This document shows, piece after piece, positions 42,384 to 59,467 of a DNA stretch of 64,000 bases (position 1 is the stretch's first letter; each line of letters opens with the position of its first letter). The notes under the pieces were generated by a model, which worked only from the letters and a program-made list of their open reading frames with translations, was not told the DNA's origin and made no database searches. Source of the DNA: the human T2T-CHM13v2.0 reference genome, Homo sapiens; assembly GCF_009914755.1 (NCBI RefSeq), contig NC_060946.1, one strand, 5' to 3'. The translations under genes were made by a program, and so were the position numbers.

Positions 42384-43089
42384 TCAGAAGGTTTCCTGCC
42401 ACCTTTTCCCCTCCACCTCCACCCCCTCTCGTTGCCATGGTTTTCTTGGTTCTTCTGTGCTGTAACCATCCAGGGTCAGCTGCACATTCACTTACTTGCA
42501 ATCAGGGTCATGATTGGGTATTAGGGCTAGGAGGGATCTGAGCTGCCTCCCAGTCCCACACTTGTGTGTGCTGCCTGGTGTGAGGCTCTTTTGCGGTTAC
42601 TCCTGTCCCTTTGCTCATGGCCACTGGCTGGGCCTCTACTGTGTACCAGGCCCTCAGCAAAGCATCCAGGGCACAGAGGAGAGTCCCACGTGGACCTTTC
42701 CTGGGGCGCACACTGCTTCTGAGGGGAAGACAGCCAGCAAGGGAAGGCCCAGGCTGAGGGAGTGCCTGGCTGGGGAAGGCACCAGGAAAGGCTTCCTGGA
42801 GTTGCTGACCTTGAACCAAGGCTTATAGGTGAGGAGGAATTGGCCAGGGACGGTGCGTATGTGTTGAGGTTGGTGAGGGTAGCCCAGAATTTGCTGGTAG
42901 AGAGGGAACTTGGCCATGGGGCTGCCTTTGCCAAGCTCTTCCTTGTGGTTTGATAAGAAAAACTCTGGTGGGTAATAGCATCTGTCTCTTGGGGGTGAAG
43001 TGAGAATGACAGAATCTAATTTCTCCCATCTGTTAAAGGAGGCCACAAGACTTCAGTACTCCAATGATCTAAGCAGCTGTCCCTGACCT

Positions 43090-44867
<1,778 letters not shown>

Positions 44868-45039
44868 TCACCTACACGTGGCGCTGGGACACTGGGGAGA
44901 AGAGATCCAGCATCTGCTTGAAGGACGTCAGTGATGTCTGCTTGTCTTCTGTTATCAACAGGCTACAAGGCCTGAAAACTGTTTCTTAAAATCTATGAAA
45001 AGGTCTTCCTCATCAAACTGTAAGGGACTCGTGCCTTTT

Positions 45040-46060
<1,021 letters not shown>

Positions 46061-46829
46061 CGAGAATTCTTTGACAAGTTTTCCTTGGTTTTCGGTCTTA
46101 GGGATCACGGTTTTGTAAGCTACAGCATGCTGAGAGGACTGTAACAGATGTTTGTGGGGGCACAAGACATTATGGGGGTGCAGGAGGGCAGGGGCAGGGA
46201 CAAACATGGGAAGGACGGACACTTGGTGCTGACTGAGAATGCCCCAGGCAGACCAGGTCTGGGAGGTGGGGGTGCAATCCATGCAGGTGCGGAGGGTCAA
46301 GGGAAGGTGGTGCATCTGAGGGCATGATTTGAGAGTGTGATTTGGTCTGGCCGAAGTGCAGGGAACCAAGGAGGCTGGCAGTGGGAGAGGACTGGGCAGA
46401 GTGGCTCAGAGACTCTGCCTGCTCCTACAGTGTAGGCAGGACCCTGGAGGGGTCGTGCAGGGTGCTGTGGACCATGCAGAGGAGTCCACGGAGGGAAGAG
46501 GAAGTCATGGAGATTCTTAGTAGTGGAGGGGAGGGTCTTGCTTCACCCCAGGGGCTGGCTCAACCATTGGTGCCACCTTGCACCAGGGATGCCTGGAATG
46601 TCAGGGAAGCCAGGTGGAGCCAAGGCCTCCACCCCACAGCAGGTTTCTCCTTTCTTGGCGTTTCCGGGCCTCTTGGAGGTCCCTTCTGTCTCCTGGTGTC
46701 CTGGTCCCTCCAGCCACTCAAGAGGACATTCCCTAGGCAGCTTGGCCTGTTCATATATTTGACCATTTCAGGGCTTAGCTCAGTCTCCCTCCCAAGAGAT
46801 GTTCCCAAATATGGTCCCTTCACGGTGAC

Positions 46830-47120
46830 ACATGTGCACTCACTTGCTCACACACACACACAGGCACTCATGTACTCCCACAACACACAAACACACACAG
46901 ATGCACTTGCAATCACAGCACACATGCACGTACACACATGCAATTATACACACAATCACAACGTACACACACACACGCACAGTCATACACAATCACAATA
47001 CACATGCATACACATGCCCACAACTCACAGATACACATGTGCACACACTGATTCATATACACACACGTACTCAAAGATACGATCACAAACACACATTCAC
47101 ACTCACAGTCCCAACATTCA
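46830..47120. repeat. Degenerate CA-rich simple repeat
   Basis: About 290 bp of interrupted (CA)n. Confidence 0.9.
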
Positions 47121-48179
47121 CAAATTCCCTGATCGTCCCCCTCGTTTGCCTGTCCACGCCCTTCTCCCATCTCTCTCATTTCCAGACTTCTCTGGGGGCT
47201 GGAATACACAGTGCTGAGACCCTCCTACGCACTGGCCCACAGCCTAGGCTCTTTCAGCATCTCCTCCCGCTGACTTCTCCCGACAGTCCTGCTGGGTGGA
47301 TATCATCACCCCATTGTACAGATGCATAAACTGAGCCCAGGTTGCTGATGGTCTCACCCGAGCTGAACACAGGATCCAGGGCACTCAATCTGCACCCTCT
47401 TTTGGGCACTTTTCATGGCCAGCATGGTGTTTCCTATGTATGAAACTCACTTCACCAAGTTGACATCCTCCCCAGGGCTGGGACCGTCTCTTCTCCCTCC
47501 TGTCTTCTACATGGGATGGACTCAGGAGCGCTCAACAGATGCTCTGAAATCAATGACTCTGAATCTAGAAGTCAACCGGAGAATGTGCTCCTCAGAGGGC
47601 CCTGGAATCTTCCCCTCGTGCACTTGGGTTTCAGTTTGCTGAATAAGACGGACTCTGCTGCCTGCTCTTCAGAGAAGGTTTTGGTGGAGGACTCCCCTCA
47701 GGTGCCCCTGCCTGGATCCCCCACTGCCCCAGAAGGCTGGCCTTCAGATGCCTGGTAGGCGGGCACCAGGTTGGGGAGGAGGCTTGGTTGGTGCCTTGTC
47801 CATCCTCCTGAGCACTGAAGCCCTGAATAGGCAGCTTCTGAGCAGAACACTCAATTTCCCTCTCTTTCCCTCCTGCCCAGGGTAGCTGGCTTGCTTGACC
47901 CAAGCATGGACAAGTGAGAACAGATGAAAGAGGCCAGCAGACCCAGGACCCAGCCCTTTCTCTGCCACCAGCCAGCACTCACTCTGCTGTGTGACCTGAG
48001 ACCAGGCAGACCATCTCTCTGGGTCTCAGTTTCCCCCTCTATAACACCAGGGGCTGGTCTTCATGATCCCAGGGCCCTCCCCAGCTGTGCCCATCTGCAA
48101 CTGTGAGATTCTGAGAGCAGAGGAGGGAAGGCGGGATGGCCCCTCTTTCCCCACCGCCTCTCTCTGTCCCCCAGGGTCA

Positions 48180-48400
48180 CCCCAAAGCCGCCCCCTCCCC
48201 CGGCTCCCTGGAACTTCCCTGCAGCTGCAGGCCTGGTGAGACAATTGGGTGTTTTAGAGAAATACATTTTTGGGCTAATTTGCCATGCATAAGTGTTTCT
48301 CTTACCCTTTAAAGGCGGAGAACAAAGAGGTCTTTCTGTGCCCAGGCAGGCTGCTGGGGAGGGGACGCAGCTGTACTGGGCTGGCGACCCTCCTCCCTCC
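48180..48400. promoter_or_regulatory. Candidate SOX10 enhancer, possibly U2 orthologue (about 42 kb upstream)
   Basis: AT-rich island in GC-rich flanks: ACAATTG 48241, CTAATTTG and ATGCATAA (homeodomain/POU-like) 48275-48292, AACAAAG 48321-48327, CAGCTG E-boxes at 48222 and 48368. Confidence 0.55.
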
Positions 48401-50087
48401 CCCCATCCCTGCGAGCGCCCCACCACACCGCCCACCGCCCCCCAGAAGAGACAGCCCGGACTTTCCCAGCCTCCCCCAGTCTCCTACCCCGGCTGCCTCT
48501 GAGGCTCCTCTGGCCCTGCCTTGCCCCAGCTCCCCCTCCCAGCTGCCCCAGGCAAGAGGGAAAGTGTGTGTGGGTGGGTGGATGGACGGGGAGGGGCGTG
48601 CATGGAGAGACAGCGGCTTTCCATGTGGCCCGGGTGGCGAGGCTCACTGGATGGTGATGGCCTGCGGGATGTGTGTCCCTGTCCCTGGGGACTGTGCAGT
48701 GTGTCGTGGAGTGCGAGATGGCATAGGGTGCGGGATGACGCCAGTCCTCAGGTGACTCGTTAGCGTATGGGGGATACACGTGGTCCATTCATTCGTTCAT
48801 TCATTCATCAACTAGTCTCTATTGAGTTCCTCCTACCTGCAGGCCTCAGAGTGCTCCCATGCTGGGTGAGGGGCACCTGTAGTTCTAGGAAAGCACGCTG
48901 AGTTCGTGTTCTTCTCACAGGATGTGACTGTGGGAGGGGTTGCATGGACAAAGGTGTAGAGGCGTGAAATGGAGGCGTGTCACCCATGTGGGGCAGGGGT
49001 CAAGAGCAGCTCAAGGAGGTCTCTGTCCTCTGCTCAGTGGGGGTGGTCCTGAAGCTGGTGGCTTCCGCAGCATGTCCTCCTTGGCCACAGTTCACTGTCC
49101 ACAACCTTTGCCCAGGCCATTCCTTCTGCCCGGAACTCCCTCCTCTCGCTGTGCTATTCTGAGACCACATCTGGCCTCATGTGGGGCCTGTCACAGCTCC
49201 CGATCCTCCTCCATCAGAGCTTGGCCCCCAACAATCCTCATTTGCTCCTGCAGCACACCCAGAAACAAATGCTCATATGCACGTGTGCACACACACATTC
49301 CCCCGCCTCCGCCACCCCAGGCCTGTGAGCAGCCGGCTCCCTGTCTGCTCCTCCCCATCCTCATGAACTCCTCGGTGTCTTCCCCAGCACCCAGCACAGT
49401 GCGGGCTCATAGGCAAGGACACTGGACACCCCCTCCACACTTATAACAGCAGCTGCCAATGTTTATTGAGCCCTTACTGCATGCCACAGTGTGGTGGACA
49501 TCAAATGCATTTAATCATAACCACCTTACAAGGTGGCGCTGTTACCCGCCACTGTATTCTAGGGAGGAAAACTGAGCTATAGAGAGGTTAGGATTTTGCT
49601 AAAGATCATCCAGCTAGCCCTTAGGGAAGGAGGCGCCACAGTCAGGGTTGTAAGCCATCGTATCTGCATCACCGAAAGTCCCTGCTCCCTGGAGCTTTCT
49701 GGGATGTCCTGGCCCACTGACCGCCCCTTTTGACATCCCGCAGCTTGTTCTGTGTGTTCCCTGACTACCTTGTGTGCATGAGAGAGAGAGACTGCGCTAG
49801 AGATGGAGGAGGTCACCACATGAGAACAGTGGGGACCTGGGTGATTTAGACAGAGACACAGAGCCAGGATTGGAGGCTGCGTGGGCTGCTTTCCTGCTGC
49901 ACGGCGATGCTTTAGGGTGGGGGGTTTCAAGACTGATAAGGGATTGGGAGCCCCTTCTCACAGCCCCACATGGTCTTCCCTGGGGTCAACACACCTGGAT
50001 GGCACATGGACAACTCCCTGTGCTCCAAATGTCAGTGCAGGGTGACTGATACGGGGGCTCATGACCCTCTGTGCCTGCGCATGCATC

Positions 50088-50226
50088 TGTGTGTGCGTGT
50101 GTGTGTGTGCGTGTGCGTACGTGTGTGTGCATGTGTGTGTGCGCATACGTGTGTGCATGTATGTGTGTGCATACGTGTGTGCATGAATGTGTGTATGTGT
50201 GTGCCTATGTGTATGCACGTGCATGT
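50088..50226. repeat. Alternating purine-pyrimidine (TG/CG/CA) tract
   Basis: About 140 bp of almost unbroken alternation. Confidence 0.92.
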
Positions 50227-50939
50227 CTCTGGGTGTGCTTGGGAGATAGAGAAGAAAGCAGAAATTGGGGAGAGGACAGCGGCCACATAGCCACTGTGTC
50301 CCTCTGTGGGATGGGGAGGAAGGGGCAGCAGCAACAGCCTGTCCCGCTCCTGCACACACACCCTCTGAAGGTCTGAGTGAAATAGGCAGAGAATGGGATG
50401 TGGCTGTTTGTCCTGGGGGCTTTAGGGGACCCTCCACCCGCACTGTGATAGGCAGGCAGCTCCCAGGCCTGTCTGAACAGGAACTCTGCCAGCTCTCCAA
50501 AGGCCCTGCAAGCCCCGGCCACTCCATCACAGCTCATTGATGGGCACTTATGGGTGCTGACTGTGCACTTGGCTGGTGAGCCAGGCCTGGAGTGGGCAGG
50601 AGAGGCTTCTGAAAGGGTTTCAGAGGAGTCCACAGTCTGAGAGAAGAGAACACCCTGAAAAAGGGAGTTCAGGGGTCTGAGGAGAGACTGCTGTGGTCTG
50701 CAGGGTGAGGTGGTGCTGGTGAAGGCAGCCGAGGAAGGGGCGTCACCCACTGGAAGGCTTGCAGCTTAGGGAAGGAGACTTGAAGATTAGAGATGGATAA
50801 GGAGTGGGGCATATCACAGAATCCCAGAATAGGAGATGCAGAATGTCTTTGGAAATGACCCCGTCTAAGTCTGGCTTATCCAGAGGGGAAAACTGAGGCC
50901 CAAGGATAGTGGAGGATGACTTGGCTGACAGTGATGGAG

Positions 50940-51830
50940 TCATTTCAAGTTAGTTCAACAAGCACCTCCTAAGCTTGTTGGGCACCAGCCTGAGGATAAA
51001 GCCTTAAATAAGGCTCTGTCTCCTCTGGCTATGGTCTAGTGGGGTGATGGACAGACAGATAAGCACTACCCTGTGCCATGAGTGCAATGATCAGTGTGTG
51101 CAGGGCACAGGGGCAAGGGGGTAATGGAGGACTTCTAACTGGCAAGACCTCTCAATGGAGGCAGCACCTGGGATGGGTTTTGAAGGATGCAGAGGAGTTT
51201 GAGACTGACCACAGAATGAAGGGATTGGTTTCCAGGTAACCTGGATGGTTCAAGTTGGTTTCTGTTTTTGCTACCTGTGAAGCAGTGACCAGTCTGTCCT
51301 CCATTAACACCCCATCATCTGGGAGACTGCAAGCAAGCTAGGGAAGGCAGGGGATTTTGGGGTGTCTCTGTCCTGAGGCAGAGGATTGGATGCAGGGTTT
51401 CCCAGGGTCTTAGCCTTCACCAAGGCACCATCAGGTCAGTCCTGGTTGTGGAGCCTTCGTCCACGCTCCCTCCCATTCAGCCAAGAAACATTGATTGAAC
51501 ACCAATTGTGAATGAGCCTTGCAGGCTGGAGATGATTTCAAGAGGCAGAGTTAGGGGAAAGGCATTTTGGGAAAAGGGAATAGCGTGAGCCAAGGTGAGG
51601 CTGTTGCAGCAGCAGGAAACTAAGGAAGCAAGGGCCTTTTCCGCAAGCATCATCTGTTCTTGTTTGGCTCAAGCGTGGGGGCAGCAAGGGAACAGTTAAG
51701 ATGCAGCTGGGAAGATTGCCTGGGCCTGAAGCTGGGGATGGAAAACCCAGGGGAGGAGTCTGGACTTTTATTGGTGGCAAGTGGGAGATATCAATGGATT
51801 TTGAGCAAGAACGACTCCCCGAAGATCCCC
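50940..51830 (-). mobile_element. L2 fragments
   Basis: Antisense L2 3' ends (ttcaacaagcacctcctaagc; cattcagccaagaaacattgattgaacacc) followed by purine-rich L2 text. Confidence 0.55.
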
Positions 51831-53599
51831 AGATAGGGCTGGGAGCTTGAGAGAACCCACAAGCCCCCTGGGGAGCCAGGAGTCGGGCCCTCTGGACAGT
51901 CATGTGCTGGTAAATATGCTTCACAACCAGCTCTGTTTGTGGAGGTGGGAGACACAGAGGTAGACTGCCAATTTTCATAGTGGAAAAAGTCCCATCAGGG
52001 CAGGCTCAAAGCTTCCAAGGTAATATCAACTGGCTTCGATTCCAGAGACTTTCACAGTTGGCTCTCGGGAGCCCAGTGTGCGCTGACTCCAGCGCACTGC
52101 CACACCCTGGGTTATAAACTGTATTTGCCCAAGACTGCTAGTGCTCAACCCTCCTTCTCCCCGATCATTCCCATGGTGCCCTGCAAACCGGAGCCCGAGG
52201 ATAGAAAAGTACTCTGTGGTTTGTCCAAGCCCAGGGGACCGCCATGGTCTGAGACCCCAGGCCTGTGGGTCTGAGACTTAGCTCAGCTGCTTATGCACTG
52301 GGTGATTCAGGCACATCCTCACTTCTCTGGGATGACTTGCTTTGCAGGGTCACTCCCGGGATAAGAAGAGGTCACGCAGTGGGGAGGTGTGGGTGGGGGC
52401 AGGGTTGTGCTGGGAAGGCCTGGGGAGCGTGGTCAGTGGTTCCCCGGGGATCAGGAACAGGCCCTCTCCCACCCCACCCCCAGCTCAGTTGCTGGACAAA
52501 TCCATCAGATCAGTCGGCTGTCACCAGTAGGGGGTGGGAAAGGCAGGGTCTGTGAAATGAGGGGCCCTGGGACAGGACGAGGGCTGGAAGAGCTGTGAGA
52601 GGCCCTGGGCAAGAGGTAAGGAAGCAGGCTACAGACCACCAGCACTTCAGACCCTGCCAATGGAAAGACGGGTCTTGGCAAGTGTCGGTGTCGCCCCCTC
52701 CCTCCTTGTCCCTTGGGAAACTCCTACTACTCTGTCAGGCCTCAGCTCCAGCACACCTCTTCCAAGACGCAGGGGTTAAGAGCGAGAGTTTGGGTGTCAT
52801 TCCATCTGCAGGGCCCTGGACAATCTGCTTCATCTTTTTCAAACTCATCTGTAAAATGCGGACAGTAATACCACAGAGCCTGCAGGATGGTTGCAAGGAT
52901 TAAATGAGATGTTCTTGGCACGGAGGAGCCTACTTCTGACAACAAGGATGCCCTCGTTCCTTGGCTACTTCTCCTACCCACGTCCCCCCACAAGGTAGAC
53001 TTGGCCCTCTGAGTCCTCACCACACCACCCTCTTAGCCCAGGTAGTAATTACAGTCATGTCTGTCTCCTCCATGGAACAGTGAGCCCCTAAGTGTGGGGA
53101 CTGGGTCTGATTCACCACCAGGTCCCCAGAGCCCAGTGCAGGACCTGGGCACGCACGGACTTCACACCCTGTGCCGCTGTCCAGGTCCCCACCAGCACCA
53201 ACACCCTGTCCCAGGCGCCTGATGTCACAGGTGTCCCGGCTGAGTGGCAGCTCCTCACTCAGCTTCCACTTCCTCACGTGTGACCCTGGTGACCTCCGAA
53301 GGTTGCTTCCAGCCTGAAAGTGCTGTGAGTCCATGTCTCAAACCCGCGTCACCATGCTGCCCCCAGACCAACCCCTCCCCGCTTCCCTGCCCCATCAACG
53401 GCCCCACTGTTCTCCAGTGACCCAGGCATGAAGCTTCGGAGTCATTTTTGACTCATCCATCCCCTTCATCCCCTATGGCTAGTCATCGGCCATGACAATT
53501 TTTCCTTCCAAACACATCCGTAGTCCCCTCCCCAGCATTCTAGTCCCCTCTGTCTTGGCCTCTATTTTGGTCTGAAGTCTGGAGATTTTGTCCAGTTTC

Positions 53600-53910
53600 T
53601 TTTTTTTCTTTTACTTTTTTTTTGAGACAGGGTCTTGCTCCGTGGCCCAGGTTGGAGTACAATGGCGCGATCTTGGCTCACTGCAGCCTCAACCTCCTGG
53701 GCTTAAGTGATCCTCCCACTTCAGCCTTCCAAATAGCTGGAAGCCTAGGCACAAGCCACCACACCCAGCTAATTTTTAATTTTTTTGTAGAGACAGGGTC
53801 TCACTCTGTTGCCCAGGCTGGTCTTGAACTCCTGATCTCAAGCAATTCTCTCACCTTGGCCTCCCAAAGTGCCAGGGTTACAGATGTGAACCACTGCACC
53901 ACACCTGGCC
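53600..53910 (-). mobile_element. Alu (J-like)
   Basis: Antisense Alu dimer with T tail. Confidence 0.92.
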
Positions 53911-54550
53911 TGCTTTTATCCATTTTCTAACTGGCCAGTGTCCTCTCACCTTCCACCACAGCCATCTTCCCAGGAGAGCTCTGGAGTTCCACTGTTACGG
54001 TCCTCCCAAAAATGCACAGCGGGTATCTGACAGGGGAAACTGCTTCACACCCATCACCTGCCCCTGAATCCATCAGTCAGGAGCCGAGCTGCTGCCTCGA
54101 GGCTGAGTGTGCCCAGGAGAGACCGGGGTCTCTGCCCACAGTCAGGCACATAGTCCACTGAGCTCTGCTATTCCTTAGGCCCAACACTGGGCATGGGGCA
54201 GGGAAACCAGGATGCTTGAGGCATAGGCCCTGTCCACACCCTGATTGGGGACATGGATGGATGATGCCACACTGACACAGTGTGCTGTAGGAACCAACGT
54301 GGGGTGGCGGACGCCCCTCATGCTGCCTGGAATCAGGACGTGTCACAGAGGACAGACAGTCGAGCTGGGTCTTGAGGAATGAGCAGGAGTTCTGCGGAGA
54401 GGGTGCTTCAGCAAGGAAGCTGCCTGGATGCGCAGTTATGAAGGCCTGCAGGGGCAGGAGGGGTGGCCACGGTGGGAGGTGGGGAGGCCAAGCTGAGAAG
54501 GGCTCCGTGGGCCACTGGTGAGCTGCCTCTGGAATCCCTTACTGCCGTCC

Positions 54551-54620
54551 ATAATTCATGTCCCCCACACGGAGCATGACATAATTCATGTCCCCCACAT
54601 GGAGCATGACATAATTCATG
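54551..54620. repeat. 30-bp minisatellite, 2.3 copies
   Basis: ATAATTCATGTCCCCCACAYGGAGCATGAC x2 plus ATAATTCATG. Confidence 0.95.
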
Positions 54621-54681
54621 ACCTCCCAACCTGTGACGCAACACCTCCTTGTAAACATCAAAGCAGCCATCTGTGAGCCAT

Positions 54682-54803
54682 CTTTGAGCCCAGGAGGTTG
54701 AGGCTGCAGTGAGTTGTGATCATGATACCGCACTCCAGCCTGGGCCCCAGAGTGAGACCCTGTCTTAAAAAAAAAAGAAAGAAAAAAGAAAATTAAAAAA
54801 AAA
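54682..54803 (+). mobile_element. Alu right-arm fragment with A tail
   Basis: ttgagcccaggaggttgaggctgcagtgag...gagaccctgtct + A tail. Confidence 0.88.
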
Positions 54804-57312
54804 AGGAAGTGGACAAAATCTTGAGATTTTGCACAGAGCTGTCCTCCCTAGTTGCCCTGTCTTTCTTCGCCAGCCTTTTCAGGTGGACGGGGCATGGCTT
54901 ATCTCTCCCATTTTACAGATGAGGACTCTTGAGACCTACAGAGAGAAAGCGCTTGTCCAGGGCGGCCTGCTAGGCTCTGGTAGAGCCAGGGCTGGAATTT
55001 CCCTGGCCCCAGATCCCAGAGTCTAGAGGTTGCAGCGGGGTTCAAGCCTGGTTACCCAGTCCCTCTGGGGTAGGGCTGGTTCTGTAGGACCAGATGGGGC
55101 GACAGACAGGCCCAGCTGCTGGGAACTCCAGGACCAATCACCAGTGCCCACAGAGCCTCGCCAAGGCAAGCCCTGCTGGGCTGGCACAGCCTCTGAGGCC
55201 AAGCCTGCTCCCCCAGTGCAGTGGGGGTTGGGGGATGGGATCTGGCCCCGGCGGAGCGGGAGGGACTGGGTGGCGGATTTGTGTTTCCACTTGATTTCCT
55301 CAGTTGTTTTCCAAGAGCGGTGGCAGGATCCTGAGGGGAGGGGTGGATGTGGGGAAGCCACCGGAAGGCGCCACGGCCCCGCTGCCTGCCCCCCATGTGA
55401 CTCCACTGACTGACGACAGTGCCCGTGGAAGGGCCTCGAGGCTTCTGTCCTGTGCTCGCTGGGAGAGGGTGTGACGTGGACGAGGGCACTGGGCGACTCC
55501 TCATGACCCATGCTGACTCTAAGTTTGCTGCTCACTTGGGGCCCCAACCCCTTTGATTCTGGGAGTCAAGAGAGGTTGTGACCGCCGCTGACCCCTATTC
55601 CCTGCACCATCCCAGGGGTCAAGTGGCTGGGGCCGAACCCGGACAGGGCAGGAGTGCCCCAAAACCTAGGGCTTGGCATGGCCCCTTGGTGTCCTCCCGA
55701 CTCCCCTTGTCAGCTCCTTCCGCCTCCCCTTCTGCTTCCTCTACTCCCACCGTTTCAGCCTTGCTGCCTCACCACCACCATCTGTCCCCCAGCTCCTTGG
55801 GCCTGTCCACGCTGCTCCTCATCCCCACTAGTTGTCTTTTCCGCCTTCCAGGGCTGCACTGGGCTCTCACTGGGCCTCGGGCCACAGCCTCTTCCCTTCC
55901 ATGCACCCCTGCGTCCCAGGCCTGGCAGCTTCCCCAGGCCTGTCACAGAGGAGTGGGGTCAGCCACTCCTGGCTTCAGAATCTGCTCGGCCACTTCCTGG
56001 CCACGTGGCGGCAGGCAGGTCCCAACCCTTCTCTGGGCTCCAGCTTCCTCCTCCAAGAAGCGGGGGAGGGGATAATGCAAAACCAGCGACCTCCTGCACC
56101 AGCTCTAAGGAGACCGAAGTGCCCAGCATGGGGCGGGGTGCGGAGGCAGCCAAGAGCTCAAAGGAGAGCCAGGCCACTTGGAGTTGAAATCCCAGCGCTG
56201 ACACCAGCCGTGCAGCCCTGGACCCCTCTCTGAGCCTCAATGTCCCCCTCTGTAAAATGGGGATAATAATAGCAGCTTCCCCTTGGGACAGAATGAACTA
56301 ATCCCAGGGGAGACCTGTCAGCCTGGGCTTTCTGGAGGGGGTTGTGCCTGCGCAGCTCGGAACAATGAGTCAGAAGCAGCCAGCAGAGACACAGAGCGCA
56401 CTGGAGGTGGGGGCAGGGCTTGAGCAGAGGCCAGAGGAGAAACCAGTTGGGAGCTTTCGGCCCAGGGCTGGGAGTGGTGGGAGGTGAGACCTGGGGCCGT
56501 GGCCTAGGACGAGCTGGGGCTTTCCAGGATCCCACCCCAGCCTCCCCACCCCACCTTGCTAGCCAGGGGGCTGACATCCCTCCCCACTCCCCAAGCAGAT
56601 TCCCTTGTGCTGGTCCTTCCACCTAAGCTCTCCCCACACCTCTTGGCCTCTGCAAATCCTGCCCATCCCTCCATAACACACATAGTGTAGGTCTTGCTTC
56701 TTCCAGGAAGCCTTCCCTGCTCTCTGCCATAGCCATCTCTCTCTCTCCCCCTGTGTGTGTCTCTCTCTCTCGGTCTCACACCCTTCTGTGGCATCGCCTG
56801 TGGCACAAACTCACCATGGTGGGTTATTCTGTAAATGGTGCACATCTGGAGCCCATTAACTGTTAACAACAGGCGCCTCCGAGGCCTTTACATCCAGTGT
56901 GGTGTGTGCATACCCCTCACCTTGCCTGATTCTCAGCACCATCCTATGGGACGAGAGGGATAAGCCCATTTGACAGATGAGGATGCTGAGGCCTAACAGG
57001 CCAAGGGGCTGCTGCCCAACGGTCTAGAGCAAGTCAGTGGGGCAAGTGGGAATCAGGGGTCGCTCTCTTCCCTTCCCAGGGCAGGGGGCCTGGCAGGAGC
57101 ACGTTTCTTTTCTGTTCATTTGCAATCCCTCGGTCTATCCTGCTCGTGTCCTCGGGGCCATGCAGCCTCCCTCTCCTGCCCACCGGCCTCTCTGCCATCT
57201 GAAACCTCCTGCTACTATCACCACTTTCTGCATGACTGCCCCACCTCACTCTCCAGGTGCTGCCTGACACCCGCAGGCACTTCATATGCATCTGCTTCAT
57301 AACCATGGCTGA

Positions 57313-57885
<573 letters not shown>

Positions 57886-58299
57886 GAGCCCCTGCTTTTC
57901 TAGGCCATTTGCTGATGTCACGGCACCATGAGGCTGGTGGGGCAGGGAATGTCCTCAGAGTCCTTTGAGAAGCTTTAAAAATTCCCCGAAGGAGAGGCTT
58001 CCTTCTGTGCAACCAGGAAGTCCACAGGCAACTTTCCCCTTCAGGGGCCTGGAAGCCCCCATTAGTGAACCGCCCTCATGGGCAAGGCTGCTCTCCTTAG
58101 GAACCTGTCCTAGAGGAGCAGGCCCATTCTTAGCACATACTAGATGCTCAGTAAACACTTACTGAAAGAATGATTTGGATCTCATTTAGGAGGGGTGGGC
58201 AACCGGGGAGGAGTGGCTGCAAGGGATGGGAGACGGGGTAAGGAGGGCTGCGGCCAAGAACTGTGGGTCTCTCAGTTTCTGACCTTGACCTCCAGAGAG

Positions 58300-58825
58300 T
58301 CCTGTTGCGATGGAGTTCAGACCACAGCATCCCCTGCTTAAAGCCCCAACGGGCCCCTCATGCCTAGCCTTCCCCCAGCGTTCAGAGCTGGGCCCTCCAA
58401 CCCCACGTGTCTGACTCCTTTTCCCACACACTGGCCTCCTGGCTGTTCCTAAACTCAACAGCACATTCCCTCTCAGGCCTTTTGTGCTGTTGCCACCGGC
58501 TGGAACATTCTTTCCCCAGACATCCTTCCTCTCTTCTTTCAGATCTTTGTCAAAGGTCATACTCTTGCAGGGGTCTTCTCTGACCACCATGTCTAACATA
58601 ACACCCCTCCCATCTCTCTTCACGTTTACCCTGCTTTGTTTTTTATTCTGGAACTCATGGCTGCCTGATGTTAGCTTGTAGGTTTACTTGTATACTATGC
58701 ATCTTCCTGAGGAGAGAGGAGAATATCTGCTCCGTGAGGGTAAGCTGGTCTGTTATGTCCACTGCTGTAGCCCCAGAGCTGGGCACATGGCCACTGCTCA
58801 ATCAGTGTTTGTGGAAGGAAGGAAG
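58300..58825 (+). mobile_element. L2 3' fragment
   Basis: Pyrimidine-rich L2 text ending in gggcacatgg...ctcaatcagtgtttgtggaagga. Confidence 0.7.
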
Positions 58826-58831
58826 GACTGA

Positions 58832-59467
<636 letters not shown>

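Noticed and set aside
46342-47329. His/Thr-rich ORFs
   Set aside because: Translation of degenerate (CA)n repeat.
54551-54620. CRISPR-like 30-bp repeats
   Set aside because: Contiguous tandem units with no spacers, eukaryotic context, no cas genes.
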